From Spirochaetia bacterium (GTDB taxonomy: Bacteria; Spirochaetota; Spirochaetia; UBA9216), in assembly GCA_963677925.2 (NCBI GenBank), contig CAXXYH010000003.1:2080001-2144000 (forward strand): DNA of 64,000 nt. The letters are read 5' to 3'. Each line of letters starts with the position of its first letter. The first letter of the stretch is position 1. The notes under the pieces were generated by a model. It did no database searches. It was not told the origin of the DNA and saw only the letters and a program-made list of their open reading frames with translations. Below are positions 16,795 to 27,179 of the stretch, in pieces. Made by a program: the position numbers and the translations under genes.

Positions 16795-17468
16795 AAAAGC
16801 TCCTCTATTCGATCACATACGGCATCAAGTGAACCTACTTCACTATAGCACAGCTCTTTTATATGAGCAGGGACCTCCTGCAGATCGGGAACCCAGACCA
16901 CCCTGGCACCGGCAGCGGCCCCGGAGCTGATACCCATTGAAGAATCTTCAAATATCAGAAGCTCTGAAGGCTTTACATTCAGCATATCGGCTGATTTTTC
17001 ATAAATTGCGGGATCGGGCTTTCCAACGGATATTTCATCACCGCAGACAATGCTCTGAAACCGGCCGTAAAGATCAGCAATCCGAAGCATTTCCTCAACC
17101 AGGCTGCGTTCGGTAGAGGTTGCCAGGCCGAAGGGTATGCCGCGGCTGTCCAGGCAGTCAAAGAGCCTGAGAACACCGGTTTTCAGGGGCAGCCCCCCTG
17201 TAGCCATAAGCTTTCTGAATTTTGCCTCGGTCTTATCAGCAATCTGCTGGTAGGGGAAATCCATTCCGACTTCTTCTCTTATTATCCGGCCGGTTTCCTG
17301 CCTGGTAGTACCAACACAGTCATGAACAGTATTCCAGGTAACAGTCCAGCCTTCTTCCGCGGCAATTGAAATAAGGCATTCAGCAATTATCCGTTCAGAA
17401 TCAAACAGGATTCCATCCATATCAAAGACAACGGCTTTTACAGTACATTCTTTTTCAGTAGTCATCAA
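16788..17468 (-). CDS. HAD-family phosphatase (beta-PGM-like)
   Basis: FDMDGILFDSE, LATST, KPDPAIY, FEDS..G. Confidence 0.9.
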   Translation of the reverse strand: MMTTEKECTVKAVVFDMDGILFDSERIIAECLISIAAEEGWTVTWNTVHDCVGTTRQETGRIIREEVGMDFPYQQIADKTEAKFRKLMATGGLPLKTGVLRLFDCLDSRGIPFGLATSTERSLVEEMLRIADLYGRFQSIVCGDEISVGKPDPAIYEKSADMLNVKPSELLIFEDSSMGISSGAAAGARVVWVPDLQEVPAHIKELCYSEVGSLDAVCDRIEELLC

Positions 17469-17487
17469 ATTCCTTTATTATACAATA

Positions 17488-18375
17488 TCAATTATTTCTT
17501 TTTTCAGGAACTCTTTTGAATGAAAACATAAAAATTACAACACCGATCCATACAATGATGAACCCGGCAAGATCAAAGGGTTTCATCACCTCTCCATATA
17601 AAACCAGACCGATAATCATCATAAGTGTAGGTGCAATAAACTGCAGAAATCCTATACCGAAGAGCGGAATACGTTTTGAACCCGCTGAAAAGAGAACCAG
17701 CGGAACAACTGTTACTACCCCGGCCAGTGAATAGAGAATTTTCATTCCCACACATGCAGGCATAAATCCTCCAAACCCTGCAATTTCCGAGTAAATCATG
17801 TAGGCAAGTGCAATTGGGAAAATAACCATACATTCCAGAGCAACACCTGTAACAGCCGATTCGCTTGAACGCTTTTTAAGCAGACCGTAGAGACCGAAAG
17901 ACAGGGCGAGTGATACCGCGATTACCGGAAACTGCCCCACAAGAACAGTTTTTACACCGACTCCGGCGATTGCAAAACCGACGGCAACTTTCTGGAAGGT
18001 ATTCAGCCGCTCTTTTAGAAAAATGAGCCCTAGAGAGACACTAACAAGAGGATTAATATAGTATCCAAGACTGGACTCAAGTACATGCCCGTGGCCGATT
18101 CCCCAGATAAAGATTGTCCAGTTGATCGCCAGCAGAATACCTCTGAGAACAATCACCATAATCCTCCTGCCGGAACTGAAGGCAGCCTTAAACTCGGATA
18201 ATCGTCCGCTTACTGCCAGAGCCAGAAATGAGAAAACGAAAGCCCAGACTATCCTGTGACTCATAATAACAAAAGACGGAACATCATAGAACAGCTTCCA
18301 GTACAGCGGAAGAAAGCCCCACATAAGATACGCGGAAAAGGCGGATAGAGCACCGCCTATAATTTTTTTATCCAT
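17488..18375 (-). CDS. rarD: EamA-family transporter RarD
   Basis: WGFLPLYWK, HRIVW, ESSLGYYINPLV, SFGLYGLLKK, GFLQFIAPT. Confidence 0.93.
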   Translation of the reverse strand: MDKKIIGGALSAFSAYLMWGFLPLYWKLFYDVPSFVIMSHRIVWAFVFSFLALAVSGRLSEFKAAFSSGRRIMVIVLRGILLAINWTIFIWGIGHGHVLESSLGYYINPLVSVSLGLIFLKERLNTFQKVAVGFAIAGVGVKTVLVGQFPVIAVSLALSFGLYGLLKKRSSESAVTGVALECMVIFPIALAYMIYSEIAGFGGFMPACVGMKILYSLAGVVTVVPLVLFSAGSKRIPLFGIGFLQFIAPTLMMIIGLVLYGEVMKPFDLAGFIIVWIGVVIFMFSFKRVPEKRNN

Positions 18376-18387
18376 TATTCACCTGCT

Positions 18388-18424
18388 AAAAAAAACCGGT
18401 TCCGGGAAGCCCCGGAACCGGTTT
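18388..18424 (-). terminator. Intrinsic terminator after the OmpA-family gene
   Basis: AAACCGGTTCCGGG-AAGC-CCCGGAACCGGTTT perfect stem; T8 on the minus strand. Confidence 0.9.
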
Positions 18425-18446
18425 AAGTATCAATTAAATTAAGTTC

Positions 18447-20930
18447 CTACTCAAGCCCGGAAACCGCAAATTCCACTCTTCTGTTTTTCCATCTGACGTT
18501 ACGGTCTGTGACCGAAACCATCGGATATTTTCCGCCGAAGGCTTCTGTGGCGATTCTTTCAGGATCAAGACCAAGTTCAATAAGCGCCTTTTTAACCTCT
18601 TCAGCTCTCTTTTCGGTCAGCGGATAGAGAATATCTTCTTCCTTGGCTTCTCTTGAACCGCCGAGATAGATATTTAGAGCATGGGCATCAAGGATGAGTC
18701 CGTACTGCGGATACCTTTCAGACAACTCAATAATTCTCTTAAGTGAATCCATATTATCCTTGTACCTTGCAGGACCTGCGGAATCAAGTGAGTATTTATA
18801 GGCACCGAAGATTATATTCGGAACCATTACAAAGTATTTTCCGTCTTTCTTTACAAGAAGTACATCAAGAGGCAGTGATTCTTTAAGCATAGTAGTATTT
18901 CCGCCGTTATCGGTAACTACCAGCTTCAGGGTATAATTTCCTGAATCATAAATAGGAACACTTCCATCGGCTGCATTCCAGGTAATATCACCTGAAGGGT
19001 TACCCTTGCCGGCATAGGTCCTTAGAAGCCGGCCGTTTTCATCGTAAACATCCATCTCCCAGCCTTTGACATCACGGTCGTCTTCAACCTTTACAGAGAT
19101 GAAAACAGATCCCTCAACACCGGTATCTGTTTTGGCGAAAGGATTAACCTTCACAACCATATCAATTTTAGGAGGATTGATATCGAGTACAAACATGTCG
19201 GAATCAACTTTTACAAAATCACCCTTCTCATAATCGATGTAAATAACTGCCTGGTATACACCATCGAGGGCCGGGGCGGTGTTGCCTTCCTGCATTACCA
19301 TTCCGTCCCATTCTACGGTTCTGGGCAGCGTATCTTCACCCCGGTAGGTCACAAGTGATTCGCCGGTATCATCAATTATTGTCATCTTCCATTCACGTAC
19401 ATCAACCATCAGGTCTGATTTGATTCCGACCTTCAGTTTATCTTCAAGGCCGTCACCGTTTGGTGAAAAACCGCTTGGAACTTCAAGAACTGTATTAACC
19501 GGTCTGCGGTCAATTTTTAAAGTAAAAGGTTCGGCATAGGTTGTATTGCCGGCGAGATCGGTAAAAACGCCGAGAACCAGATATTCTCCGTCAGGAACCT
19601 CTGTTCCGTCTGCACCGGAACCGTCCCATTTAACCAGTGAAGTGGTCTGTGTGTAGTCGGTTTCCAGGACAACCTGCCCGGTCATGTCTATGATACTTCC
19701 TTCCCAGGTAACTGCTTCATTTGATCTGTACTTAACAGTCACAATATCGCCAAGACCGTCTCCGTTTGGAGAAAAAGCATAGCGGTCGGGCTGTATTTCA
19801 ACCCTTGGAGCGGCAATATCAACAACAATTGCCTGTTCAATAACCGGTCGCCAGTTATTCCTGTATTCAACAGACATTGAAAACAGATAATTTCCGGGGA
19901 ACAGCGGAAGTCCGTCAGAATCAAGCCCGTCAAGGGTAATTAAATCAGGCAGACCTGCTTCAGCAGTTCCGGCGTCCTGAATAAGCACTCCGTCCCTGCT
20001 GGCCAGTGACCAGCTCCAGTCGGTTATCGTATCATCAGCTTCATATACCGGAGTAATATTAAGTTTATCAAGAACACCGTCTCCGTTTGGAGAGAATGCG
20101 GTTGATTCAAAATCAAGCTTGAAAACAGGCGCACCGGCATCAAGGCTTATTCCTGTTACTGTATAATCCTTTGATTTATTTCCAGCAAGGTCTGTTGAAT
20201 TGATCAGATAACTGTAGGTTCCGTTCGGCACAAATCCCTCAGCATCGTCAGAGCCGTCCCAGAGAACATCTTCCGGTGAGGCATCAGTCCATGTGTAGGT
20301 TTTCACAACCTTTCCGGCTGAATCCTTGAAAACACCCGTCCATTCGGTTTCTGTTGTTCCATCAGCCTGCAGAATAATAAAAACATCGCCTATTCCGTCA
20401 TTATTAGGCGAGAACATCAGTTTATCCGGCTTTCGCAGTGCGAGCGTCGGGGCTTTTGTATCGATAACAAAGTCATCAACATCAATTTCGGTTGTATGAT
20501 TTGATGAATCCTTAACCCAGACCTTTACCTTGTAGATTCCGTCAGGCAGAACATTTCCGTCCTGGTCCTTACCGTCCCAGGTAATTTCCTTCTCAAGGTT
20601 GAACTCATCATATCCGCGGAAGATCTGAAGAAACCAGTTAACATCGCTTTTTTCTGTCTTAGTTTCCTCTGCTACAACATTTCCGTCAGGATCGATAATA
20701 TTCAATCCGTATTCAGGAACATAGCCTTCCTCACTTTTTACATACAGCTTTACGCTGAATTTCAGAGTTGCATCATCTTTTATACCGTCATCATTAGGAG
20801 AGAGATACTGGGTACCGGATGTTACCGGCGGAATCTCCGGAACTTCCTTGGCTCCGAAAGCAAACAGTGCGCCTCCGGTTACCATAATTAACAGCAGAAC
20901 CAGCAGTGCTGTTTTCTTAAATACAGACAT
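18447..20930 (-). CDS. OmpA-family protein with tandem FlgD/CHU-like Ig repeats
   Basis: Five (F/L)SPNxDG..D motifs with WDG repeats; C-terminal KRAEEVKKAL...NRRVEF. Confidence 0.85.
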   Translation of the reverse strand: MSVFKKTALLVLLLIMVTGGALFAFGAKEVPEIPPVTSGTQYLSPNDDGIKDDATLKFSVKLYVKSEEGYVPEYGLNIIDPDGNVVAEETKTEKSDVNWFLQIFRGYDEFNLEKEITWDGKDQDGNVLPDGIYKVKVWVKDSSNHTTEIDVDDFVIDTKAPTLALRKPDKLMFSPNNDGIGDVFIILQADGTTETEWTGVFKDSAGKVVKTYTWTDASPEDVLWDGSDDAEGFVPNGTYSYLINSTDLAGNKSKDYTVTGISLDAGAPVFKLDFESTAFSPNGDGVLDKLNITPVYEADDTITDWSWSLASRDGVLIQDAGTAEAGLPDLITLDGLDSDGLPLFPGNYLFSMSVEYRNNWRPVIEQAIVVDIAAPRVEIQPDRYAFSPNGDGLGDIVTVKYRSNEAVTWEGSIIDMTGQVVLETDYTQTTSLVKWDGSGADGTEVPDGEYLVLGVFTDLAGNTTYAEPFTLKIDRRPVNTVLEVPSGFSPNGDGLEDKLKVGIKSDLMVDVREWKMTIIDDTGESLVTYRGEDTLPRTVEWDGMVMQEGNTAPALDGVYQAVIYIDYEKGDFVKVDSDMFVLDINPPKIDMVVKVNPFAKTDTGVEGSVFISVKVEDDRDVKGWEMDVYDENGRLLRTYAGKGNPSGDITWNAADGSVPIYDSGNYTLKLVVTDNGGNTTMLKESLPLDVLLVKKDGKYFVMVPNIIFGAYKYSLDSAGPARYKDNMDSLKRIIELSERYPQYGLILDAHALNIYLGGSREAKEEDILYPLTEKRAEEVKKALIELGLDPERIATEAFGGKYPMVSVTDRNVRWKNRRVEFAVSGLE

Positions 20931-21002
20931 TGACTTCCTCCGAATATTGTCACTTAATTGAAATTCTTTCTATTAATCGGCTTATTCTAACATATAAAGC
21001 AT

Positions 21003-22184
21003 TTATTTATCAAAGAAGTTACCGCTATTAAATTTTTCCACATGAAAAAAGTCGGTCAAATTCTGGGCAAGATCTGCAAAAGTGCTTCTGATGCCCAGAG
21101 AGGCCCCGTTTTTACCCTTAATATAGTAAAGAAGCGGAACATATTCCCTGGTATGGTCTGTTCCTTTATAGGAGGGATCACAGCCATGGTCCGCGGTAAC
21201 CGCAAGAAGATCGCCCTCTTCCATTAAATCGATAATCTCAGGAAGCCTGTCGTCCACAGACTTTACCGCATCATGATAGCCTTGTATATCACGGCGGTGT
21301 CCGTAGATCATATCAGTATCAACAAGGTTTACAAATATAAATTCTTTTTCACTCTGTTTTTTCTGCATCAGGCTGATGGTCCTCTCAAGACAGGCGGGAT
21401 TACCCTTGTCCGGATGCGTTTCATCAATTCCCTGAAGATTGAAGATATCTCCGATCTTGCCTACAGCGGTGGTTTTAACACCCTGCTTCTGCAGATGATC
21501 AAGGATTGAATCTCCGGGAAGAGCTATGCTGTAATCGTGCCGACGGCTGGTTCTGCTGAAAGATCCCGGCTCGCCTTCGAAGGGTCTGGCTATTACACGC
21601 CCGACCATATACGGGTCGCAGAGCTTCCGTGCGGTTTCACAGATTGAGTAAAGTTCATCGATAGGAATTACCGATTCGTGGGCGGCTATCTGAAAAACGG
21701 AATCTGCCGATGTGTAGCATATGGGGCTTCCGGTTTTCATGTGTTCTTCACCGAGTTCATCTATTATTGCAGTGCCTGAAGCAGCCTTGTTACCAAGGAT
21801 CTTTCGCCCTGTAGCTTTCTCGAAGGCTTCAACAAGTTCCGAAGGGAATGAAGGAAAGTCAGGATTGAAAACAGGAAAGGCTTTCTCAAGTATGATTCCG
21901 GCAAGCTCCCAGTGTCCGGTAGTTGTATCTTTACCGGGAGAAGTCTCGGCCATGACAGAATATGAGGCAAGCGGATTCTCCACGGCTTCACAACCGGGAA
22001 GACTGTTTCCAAGCAGCATTGAGGCATTGCCGAGTCCCAGTTTTTTAAGGTTGGGCCATTCCGCCCCGCCGGGCATACCTTCTGCAATATGGACGGCTGT
22101 ATTGGCACCGGTATCCCCGTATTTTTCTGCATCCGGCAGTGAGCCGATACCGAAACTGTCTATTACAAGTACTAAAGCTCTCAT
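21003..22184 (-). CDS. deoB: Phosphopentomutase
   Basis: VIDSFGIG, GKDTTTGHWE, YTSADSVFQIAAHE, GRVIARPF, YGHRRD, TADHG.DP, DHTRE. Confidence 0.96.
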   Translation of the reverse strand: MRALVLVIDSFGIGSLPDAEKYGDTGANTAVHIAEGMPGGAEWPNLKKLGLGNASMLLGNSLPGCEAVENPLASYSVMAETSPGKDTTTGHWELAGIILEKAFPVFNPDFPSFPSELVEAFEKATGRKILGNKAASGTAIIDELGEEHMKTGSPICYTSADSVFQIAAHESVIPIDELYSICETARKLCDPYMVGRVIARPFEGEPGSFSRTSRRHDYSIALPGDSILDHLQKQGVKTTAVGKIGDIFNLQGIDETHPDKGNPACLERTISLMQKKQSEKEFIFVNLVDTDMIYGHRRDIQGYHDAVKSVDDRLPEIIDLMEEGDLLAVTADHGCDPSYKGTDHTREYVPLLYYIKGKNGASLGIRSTFADLAQNLTDFFHVEKFNSGNFFDK

Positions 22185-22357
22185 ACAACCTCCGAAACTG
22201 TGCTTTATTACAATATAACACTGCTATGGTAGTATTCAAACAACAATAACAGTTGATAAAAAAGAATTGAATACTTGCCTGTCTATCAAAATCATTCTAT
22301 TATTTAATATCAAACATGTGCAATTATAAATTGCAGACGTTTAAAGGAGCGTACACT

Positions 22358-23446
22358 ATGAAAAAATTGGGAATTATTGCTTTACTGCTGATCATGATTC
22401 TCCCCGCAGCCTTTGCAGGCGGACAGACAGAAAGTAAATCAAGCGGTTATGAAGTTGCCATGATTACCGACATCGGTGACATTGACGACAAGTCATTCAA
22501 CCAGGGAACATGGGAAGGTATTGTTAAGTTTGCAGAAGACAACAAACTGACTCACAAGTACTACAAGCCAACAGAAAAAACTACCGACGCTTATGTTGCC
22601 GCAATCGATCTCGCTATTACCGGCGGTGCAAAGATTGTCGTTTGTCCCGGATACCTTTTTGAACCTGCCATCTACAGAGCACAGGATCTTTATCCGGATA
22701 CAAGTTTTATTCTCATTGACGGAACTCCCCATACTGAAGACTATTCAACTTTCAGAATTGAGAGCAATGTTTACTCAATCTTTTACGCAGAGCAGGAATC
22801 AGGATTCCTCGCCGGCTATGCAGCTGTAAAAGACGGATACACAAAACTCGGATTCATGGGCGGAATGGCAGTACCTGCAGTTGTTAGATACGGATACGGT
22901 TTTGTTCAGGGTGCTGAAAAAGCAGCTTCTGAGATGGGACTCAGTTCTGTAGAACTTATGTACACATATACAGGAAACTTTGATGCAACACCTGAAAACC
23001 AGGCAATGGCTGCTTCATGGTACGGAAGCGGAACAGAAGTTATTTTTGCATGCGGCGGAAAAGTCGGAAACTCAGTTATGGCTGCTGCTGAAGCAAATAA
23101 CGGAAAGGTTATCGGTGTAGACGTTGATCAGTCAGCAGAATCTGCTACTGTTGTAACTTCAGCAATGAAGCAGCTCGGCGTATCTGTTTACCTCGGTCTT
23201 GAAGAATTCTATGCAGGAAAATTCAAAGGCGGAGTTTCAGAAACACTCGATGCAACTGTTGATGCAGTTGGTCTTCCTATCGACAACTCAAAGTTTAAAA
23301 AATTCAGCAAGGCTGATTACGAAAAACTTTTTACAGCACTCGTAAATGATACAAACGGACTGAGAACCTCTATTCTCGGCGACGGTGCAGGAGATTCTCC
23401 AAACGCACTCCCGCTTTCAATAGTATCAGTTACAGTTGTTCAGTAA
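22358..23446 (+). CDS. BMP/PnrA-family nucleoside ABC substrate-binding protein
   Basis: GDIDDKSFNQGTWEG, VIGVDVDQ, TSAMK; AAGGAG RBS before ATG 22358. Confidence 0.92.
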   Translation: MKKLGIIALLLIMILPAAFAGGQTESKSSGYEVAMITDIGDIDDKSFNQGTWEGIVKFAEDNKLTHKYYKPTEKTTDAYVAAIDLAITGGAKIVVCPGYLFEPAIYRAQDLYPDTSFILIDGTPHTEDYSTFRIESNVYSIFYAEQESGFLAGYAAVKDGYTKLGFMGGMAVPAVVRYGYGFVQGAEKAASEMGLSSVELMYTYTGNFDATPENQAMAASWYGSGTEVIFACGGKVGNSVMAAAEANNGKVIGVDVDQSAESATVVTSAMKQLGVSVYLGLEEFYAGKFKGGVSETLDATVDAVGLPIDNSKFKKFSKADYEKLFTALVNDTNGLRTSILGDGAGDSPNALPLSIVSVTVVQ

Positions 23447-23468
23447 TTCATCTATTTCTGAAGAATCC

Positions 23469-23500
23469 AAGAGGTTGCCTACCCGGCAACCTCTTTTTTT
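23469..23500 (+). terminator. Intrinsic terminator / mRNA-stabilising hairpin after the SBP gene
   Basis: AAGAGGTTGCC-TACCC-GGCAACCTCTT with T tract. Confidence 0.85.
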
Positions 23501-23576
23501 GCTCCATAGGGTAAAAACTGAGGAGTAATTCATCTATATAGTATATAATTAAATAAATGTATGATGGAGGAGCCAT

Positions 23577-25109
23577 TTGGAATATCAAATTGAAATGTTG
23601 AACATTACCAAGGAATTTCCCGGTATATTGGCAAATGACAATATTTCCCTGCAGTTAAAACATGGAGAAATTCATGCCCTGCTGGGTGAAAACGGCGCCG
23701 GGAAATCTACACTTATGAGTATTCTTTTCGGGCTTTATAAACCTGACAACGGAATAATAAAGAAAAACGGCAAGCAGATTCAGATAAGCAACCCCAATGA
23801 CGCCAACGCTCAGGGCATTGGAATGGTGCACCAGCATTTTAAACTGGTTCACAATTTTACTGTTCTGGAAAATATAATACTGGGAGTTGAGAGTACAAAA
23901 AACGGTGTGCTTGAGATGGACAGCGCCAGAAAGAAGGTTGTCGATCTCAGTAAAAAATACAACCTGTTGGTAGATCCGGATGCGATTATCTCGGAGATAA
24001 CTGTAGGAATGCAGCAGCGTGTTGAAATCCTTAAAATGCTTTACCGAGACAACGATATCCTGATTTTTGACGAGCCTACTGCAATGCTTACACCTCAGGA
24101 GATTGTCGAACTCATCGAAATAATGAAGGGCCTGGTGAAGGAAGGTAAATCTGTACTGTTCATCACACATAAACTTGAAGAAATCAAACAGGTAGCAGAT
24201 AGATGTACGGTCCTCCGAAAGGGTAAATACATAGAGACCGTCGATGTGGCCTCTACTTCAAAGGAAACGATGTCGGAACTGATGGTTGGACGCAAGGTTG
24301 AATTTGTAGTAACGAAGGATGAAGCCGTTCCGTCAGATGTAGTTCTGGATGTAAAAAATCTGACCGTCCATTCAAAGAACAGTGAAAAGAATATGGTACA
24401 TGACGTCACCTTCCAGGCCAGGAGGGGAGAAATTCTCTGTATTGCAGGAATTGACGGAAACGGTCAGACAGAACTTGTATATGCTTTAACAGGACTTATC
24501 AAGGCTTCAAGCGGCGAAGTGTTTCTCAACGGGGAAGATATTACACATGCCAGCATCCGGAAAAGAAGCGAACTTGGAATGTCGCATATACCTGAAGACA
24601 GGCACAAACACGGACTGGTACTTGATTACAGTCTGGACAAGAACCTTGTACTTCAGAAATACTTTAAGAAAGAGTTTCAGAACCGGGGCTTTCTAAAATT
24701 TCAAAAAATAACCGAGTATGCCAACAAGCTGATTAAATCATTTGATATACGCAGCGGGCAGGGGGCAAGGACGATAACGCGATCTATGTCCGGCGGAAAC
24801 CAGCAGAAGGCAATTGTAGCCAGGGAAATTGATAAGGACCCTGAAATACTGATTGCTGTTCAGCCCACAAGGGGACTCGATGTAGGCGCTATAGAGTACA
24901 TACATAAGCAGCTGGTAAAACAGAGGGATAACAACAAGGCAGTTCTGCTGCTGTCCCTTGAACTTGATGAGGTAATGAATGTGAGTGACAGGATTCTGGT
25001 AATTCATAACGGAGAGCTGGTAGGGAATCTAAATCCGAAAGAGATAACAGTTCAGGAGCTTGGTCTTTATATGTCAGGCGCAAAAAAGGAGAGCTCCAGT
25101 GAAAAATAA
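23577..25109 (+). CDS. Nucleoside ABC transporter ATPase (NupA/YufO-like, CUT2)
   Basis: GENGAGKST, MVHQHFKLV, DEPT, SGGNQQK, QPTRGLDVGA; TTG start after GGAGG. Confidence 0.93.
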   Translation: MEYQIEMLNITKEFPGILANDNISLQLKHGEIHALLGENGAGKSTLMSILFGLYKPDNGIIKKNGKQIQISNPNDANAQGIGMVHQHFKLVHNFTVLENIILGVESTKNGVLEMDSARKKVVDLSKKYNLLVDPDAIISEITVGMQQRVEILKMLYRDNDILIFDEPTAMLTPQEIVELIEIMKGLVKEGKSVLFITHKLEEIKQVADRCTVLRKGKYIETVDVASTSKETMSELMVGRKVEFVVTKDEAVPSDVVLDVKNLTVHSKNSEKNMVHDVTFQARRGEILCIAGIDGNGQTELVYALTGLIKASSGEVFLNGEDITHASIRKRSELGMSHIPEDRHKHGLVLDYSLDKNLVLQKYFKKEFQNRGFLKFQKITEYANKLIKSFDIRSGQGARTITRSMSGGNQQKAIVAREIDKDPEILIAVQPTRGLDVGAIEYIHKQLVKQRDNNKAVLLLSLELDEVMNVSDRILVIHNGELVGNLNPKEITVQELGLYMSGAKKESSSEK

Positions 25110-26211
25110 ATCACGTAATTTATTAAACTCCTACGGACTGTCAAATTTCATAGCATCGTTTTCCGCTATAATAATCGGCCTTATTTTCGGCCTGATTATT
25201 CTGCTTATTACAAACCCGAATCAGGCATTTGCCGGTTTCAGGACAATCCTGCTGGGAGGACTCAGCGGAAAAGCAAAGGGTTTCGGAAATATATTTTATA
25301 TTGCCACTCCACTCATAATGACAGGTTTGTCTGTTGGTTTCGCTTTCAAGACTGGACTATTTAATATAGGGGCATCAGGACAGCTGATTGTGGGAGCCTA
25401 TGTATCAGTCATAATTGGTGTTTACTGTCCGCAGCTTGGCCCATTTCAGTGGGTAGTTGCCATTCTTGGAGGAATGGTAGCCGGTGCAATTTGGGCATCG
25501 GTTGCGGGTCTTCTTAAAGCCTTCCTGAATGTTAACGAAGTTATAACCTGTATCATGATGAACTATATAGGGATGCATATGGTAAACACACTGGTTGTTC
25601 ATACTGTATACGATAAACTCAGAAACCAGTCCTTGAATGTTGCAGAGTCGGCATCAATTCCGACCATGGGTTTTGATACACTGTTTAAGGGCTCAAGCCT
25701 TCATGCAGGCTTTCTGATTGCCCTTCTGGCAGCCGTTATCATTCACATCATCCTGAAGAAGACAGTCTTCGGCTATGAACTTGTTGCCTGCGGCTATAAT
25801 CCCGAAGCATCCAAGTACGCAGGAATTAACGCCAAGAGAAATATCGTGCTTTCAATGACTATTGCAGGAGCCCTTTCGGGGATAGCAGGCGGACTGATGT
25901 ATCTGGCAAGCACTGGAAAGCATATAGAGGTTCTGGATATTCTGGCCAACGAAGGCTTTATGGGAATCCCTGTAGCCCTGCTCGGTCTGTCGAACCCGGT
26001 CGGTATAGTGCTGTCGGCAATATTCATAGGCTACATAACACTCGGCGGATTCTATATGCAGCTCTACGATTTCGTTCCGGAAATCATCGATATAATTATT
26101 GCCTCAATAATATACTTCAGCGCCTTCGCCCTGATAGTCAAGAATTTCCTAAGCAGGTTTCAGGACAAACGGGAGAAGGATGAGCCGGGCGATAAAGGAG
26201 GGAAGGCATAA
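25099..26211 (+). CDS. Nucleoside ABC permease I
   Basis: GLFNIGASGQ, NEVIT.IMMNY, GYEL.ACG.N..AS.YAGI; GTG start after AGGAG. Confidence 0.9.
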   Translation: MKNKSRNLLNSYGLSNFIASFSAIIIGLIFGLIILLITNPNQAFAGFRTILLGGLSGKAKGFGNIFYIATPLIMTGLSVGFAFKTGLFNIGASGQLIVGAYVSVIIGVYCPQLGPFQWVVAILGGMVAGAIWASVAGLLKAFLNVNEVITCIMMNYIGMHMVNTLVVHTVYDKLRNQSLNVAESASIPTMGFDTLFKGSSLHAGFLIALLAAVIIHIILKKTVFGYELVACGYNPEASKYAGINAKRNIVLSMTIAGALSGIAGGLMYLASTGKHIEVLDILANEGFMGIPVALLGLSNPVGIVLSAIFIGYITLGGFYMQLYDFVPEIIDIIIASIIYFSAFALIVKNFLSRFQDKREKDEPGDKGGKA

Positions 26212-26213
26212 AT

Positions 26214-27167
26214 ATGAACAGTTTATTTTTTCTTATACAGCAGACAATGTTCTTTTCAATCCCACTGCTCGTTGTTGCCCTCGGCGGTATGTTTTCCGAA
26301 CGAAGCGGAGTCGTAAATATTGCACTGGAAGGAATCATGATAATGGGTGCCTTTACCAGTATTTTCACTATTCATTTTCTGCAGGACAGCATGAGCGGTC
26401 AGGGACTTCTTCTGATAGCAATACTGGTCGCAGTAGTTACTGGTATGATTTTTTCACTGCTGCATGCCTACGCTTCAATAAACATGAAAGCTGACCAGGT
26501 TATCAGCGGAACCGCTCTGAATATGTTTGCACCCGCATTCGCAACCTTCGTTGCAAGAACAGTTCAGGGAGTAAAAGAAATATCGTTCGTCAATACATTC
26601 AGAATTGAGGAAGTCCCCGGACTTTCTAAAATTCCCCTTCTGGGACCCATGTTTTTTCAGAATACATACATCACAACATACCTTGGATTTCTGATTCTGA
26701 TTCTATCATGGTTTGTTCTGTTCAAGACTAGGTTCGGCCTTAGGCTGCGCTCCTGCGGTGAACACCCCCATGCTGCAGATTCAGTCGGTATCAATGTTTA
26801 TAAAATACGCTATGCCGGGGTTATTCTCTCCGGAGCACTTGCAGCGCTTGGAGGGCTGATATTCGTAGTTCCGACATCGACAAGCTTTAATGCAACTGTT
26901 TCAGGATACGGATTTCTCGCCCTTGCTGTGCTTATCTTCGGACAATGGAACCCGAAACGCATTCTAATGGCAGCCTTCTTCTTCGGACTTATGAAGACGA
27001 TCTCTGCAGCATACTCGGGAATCCCCTTTCTTCAGGATCTGAGTATCCCGAAAGATATCTATAAAATGATTCCGTATATTGCAACTCTGCTGGTACTTGC
27101 ACTTTCATCAAAGAACTCTCAGGCCCCGAAGGCTTCCGGCCAGCCTTATGACAAGGGTTCAAGGTAA
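26214..27167 (+). CDS. Nucleoside ABC permease II
   Basis: FSERSGVVNIALEG, GLRLRSCGEHPHAADSVGINV, GFLALA..IFG.W.P. Confidence 0.92.
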   Translation: MNSLFFLIQQTMFFSIPLLVVALGGMFSERSGVVNIALEGIMIMGAFTSIFTIHFLQDSMSGQGLLLIAILVAVVTGMIFSLLHAYASINMKADQVISGTALNMFAPAFATFVARTVQGVKEISFVNTFRIEEVPGLSKIPLLGPMFFQNTYITTYLGFLILILSWFVLFKTRFGLRLRSCGEHPHAADSVGINVYKIRYAGVILSGALAALGGLIFVVPTSTSFNATVSGYGFLALAVLIFGQWNPKRILMAAFFFGLMKTISAAYSGIPFLQDLSIPKDIYKMIPYIATLLVLALSSKNSQAPKASGQPYDKGSR

Positions 27168-27179
27168 AAGGAGAGTTTA

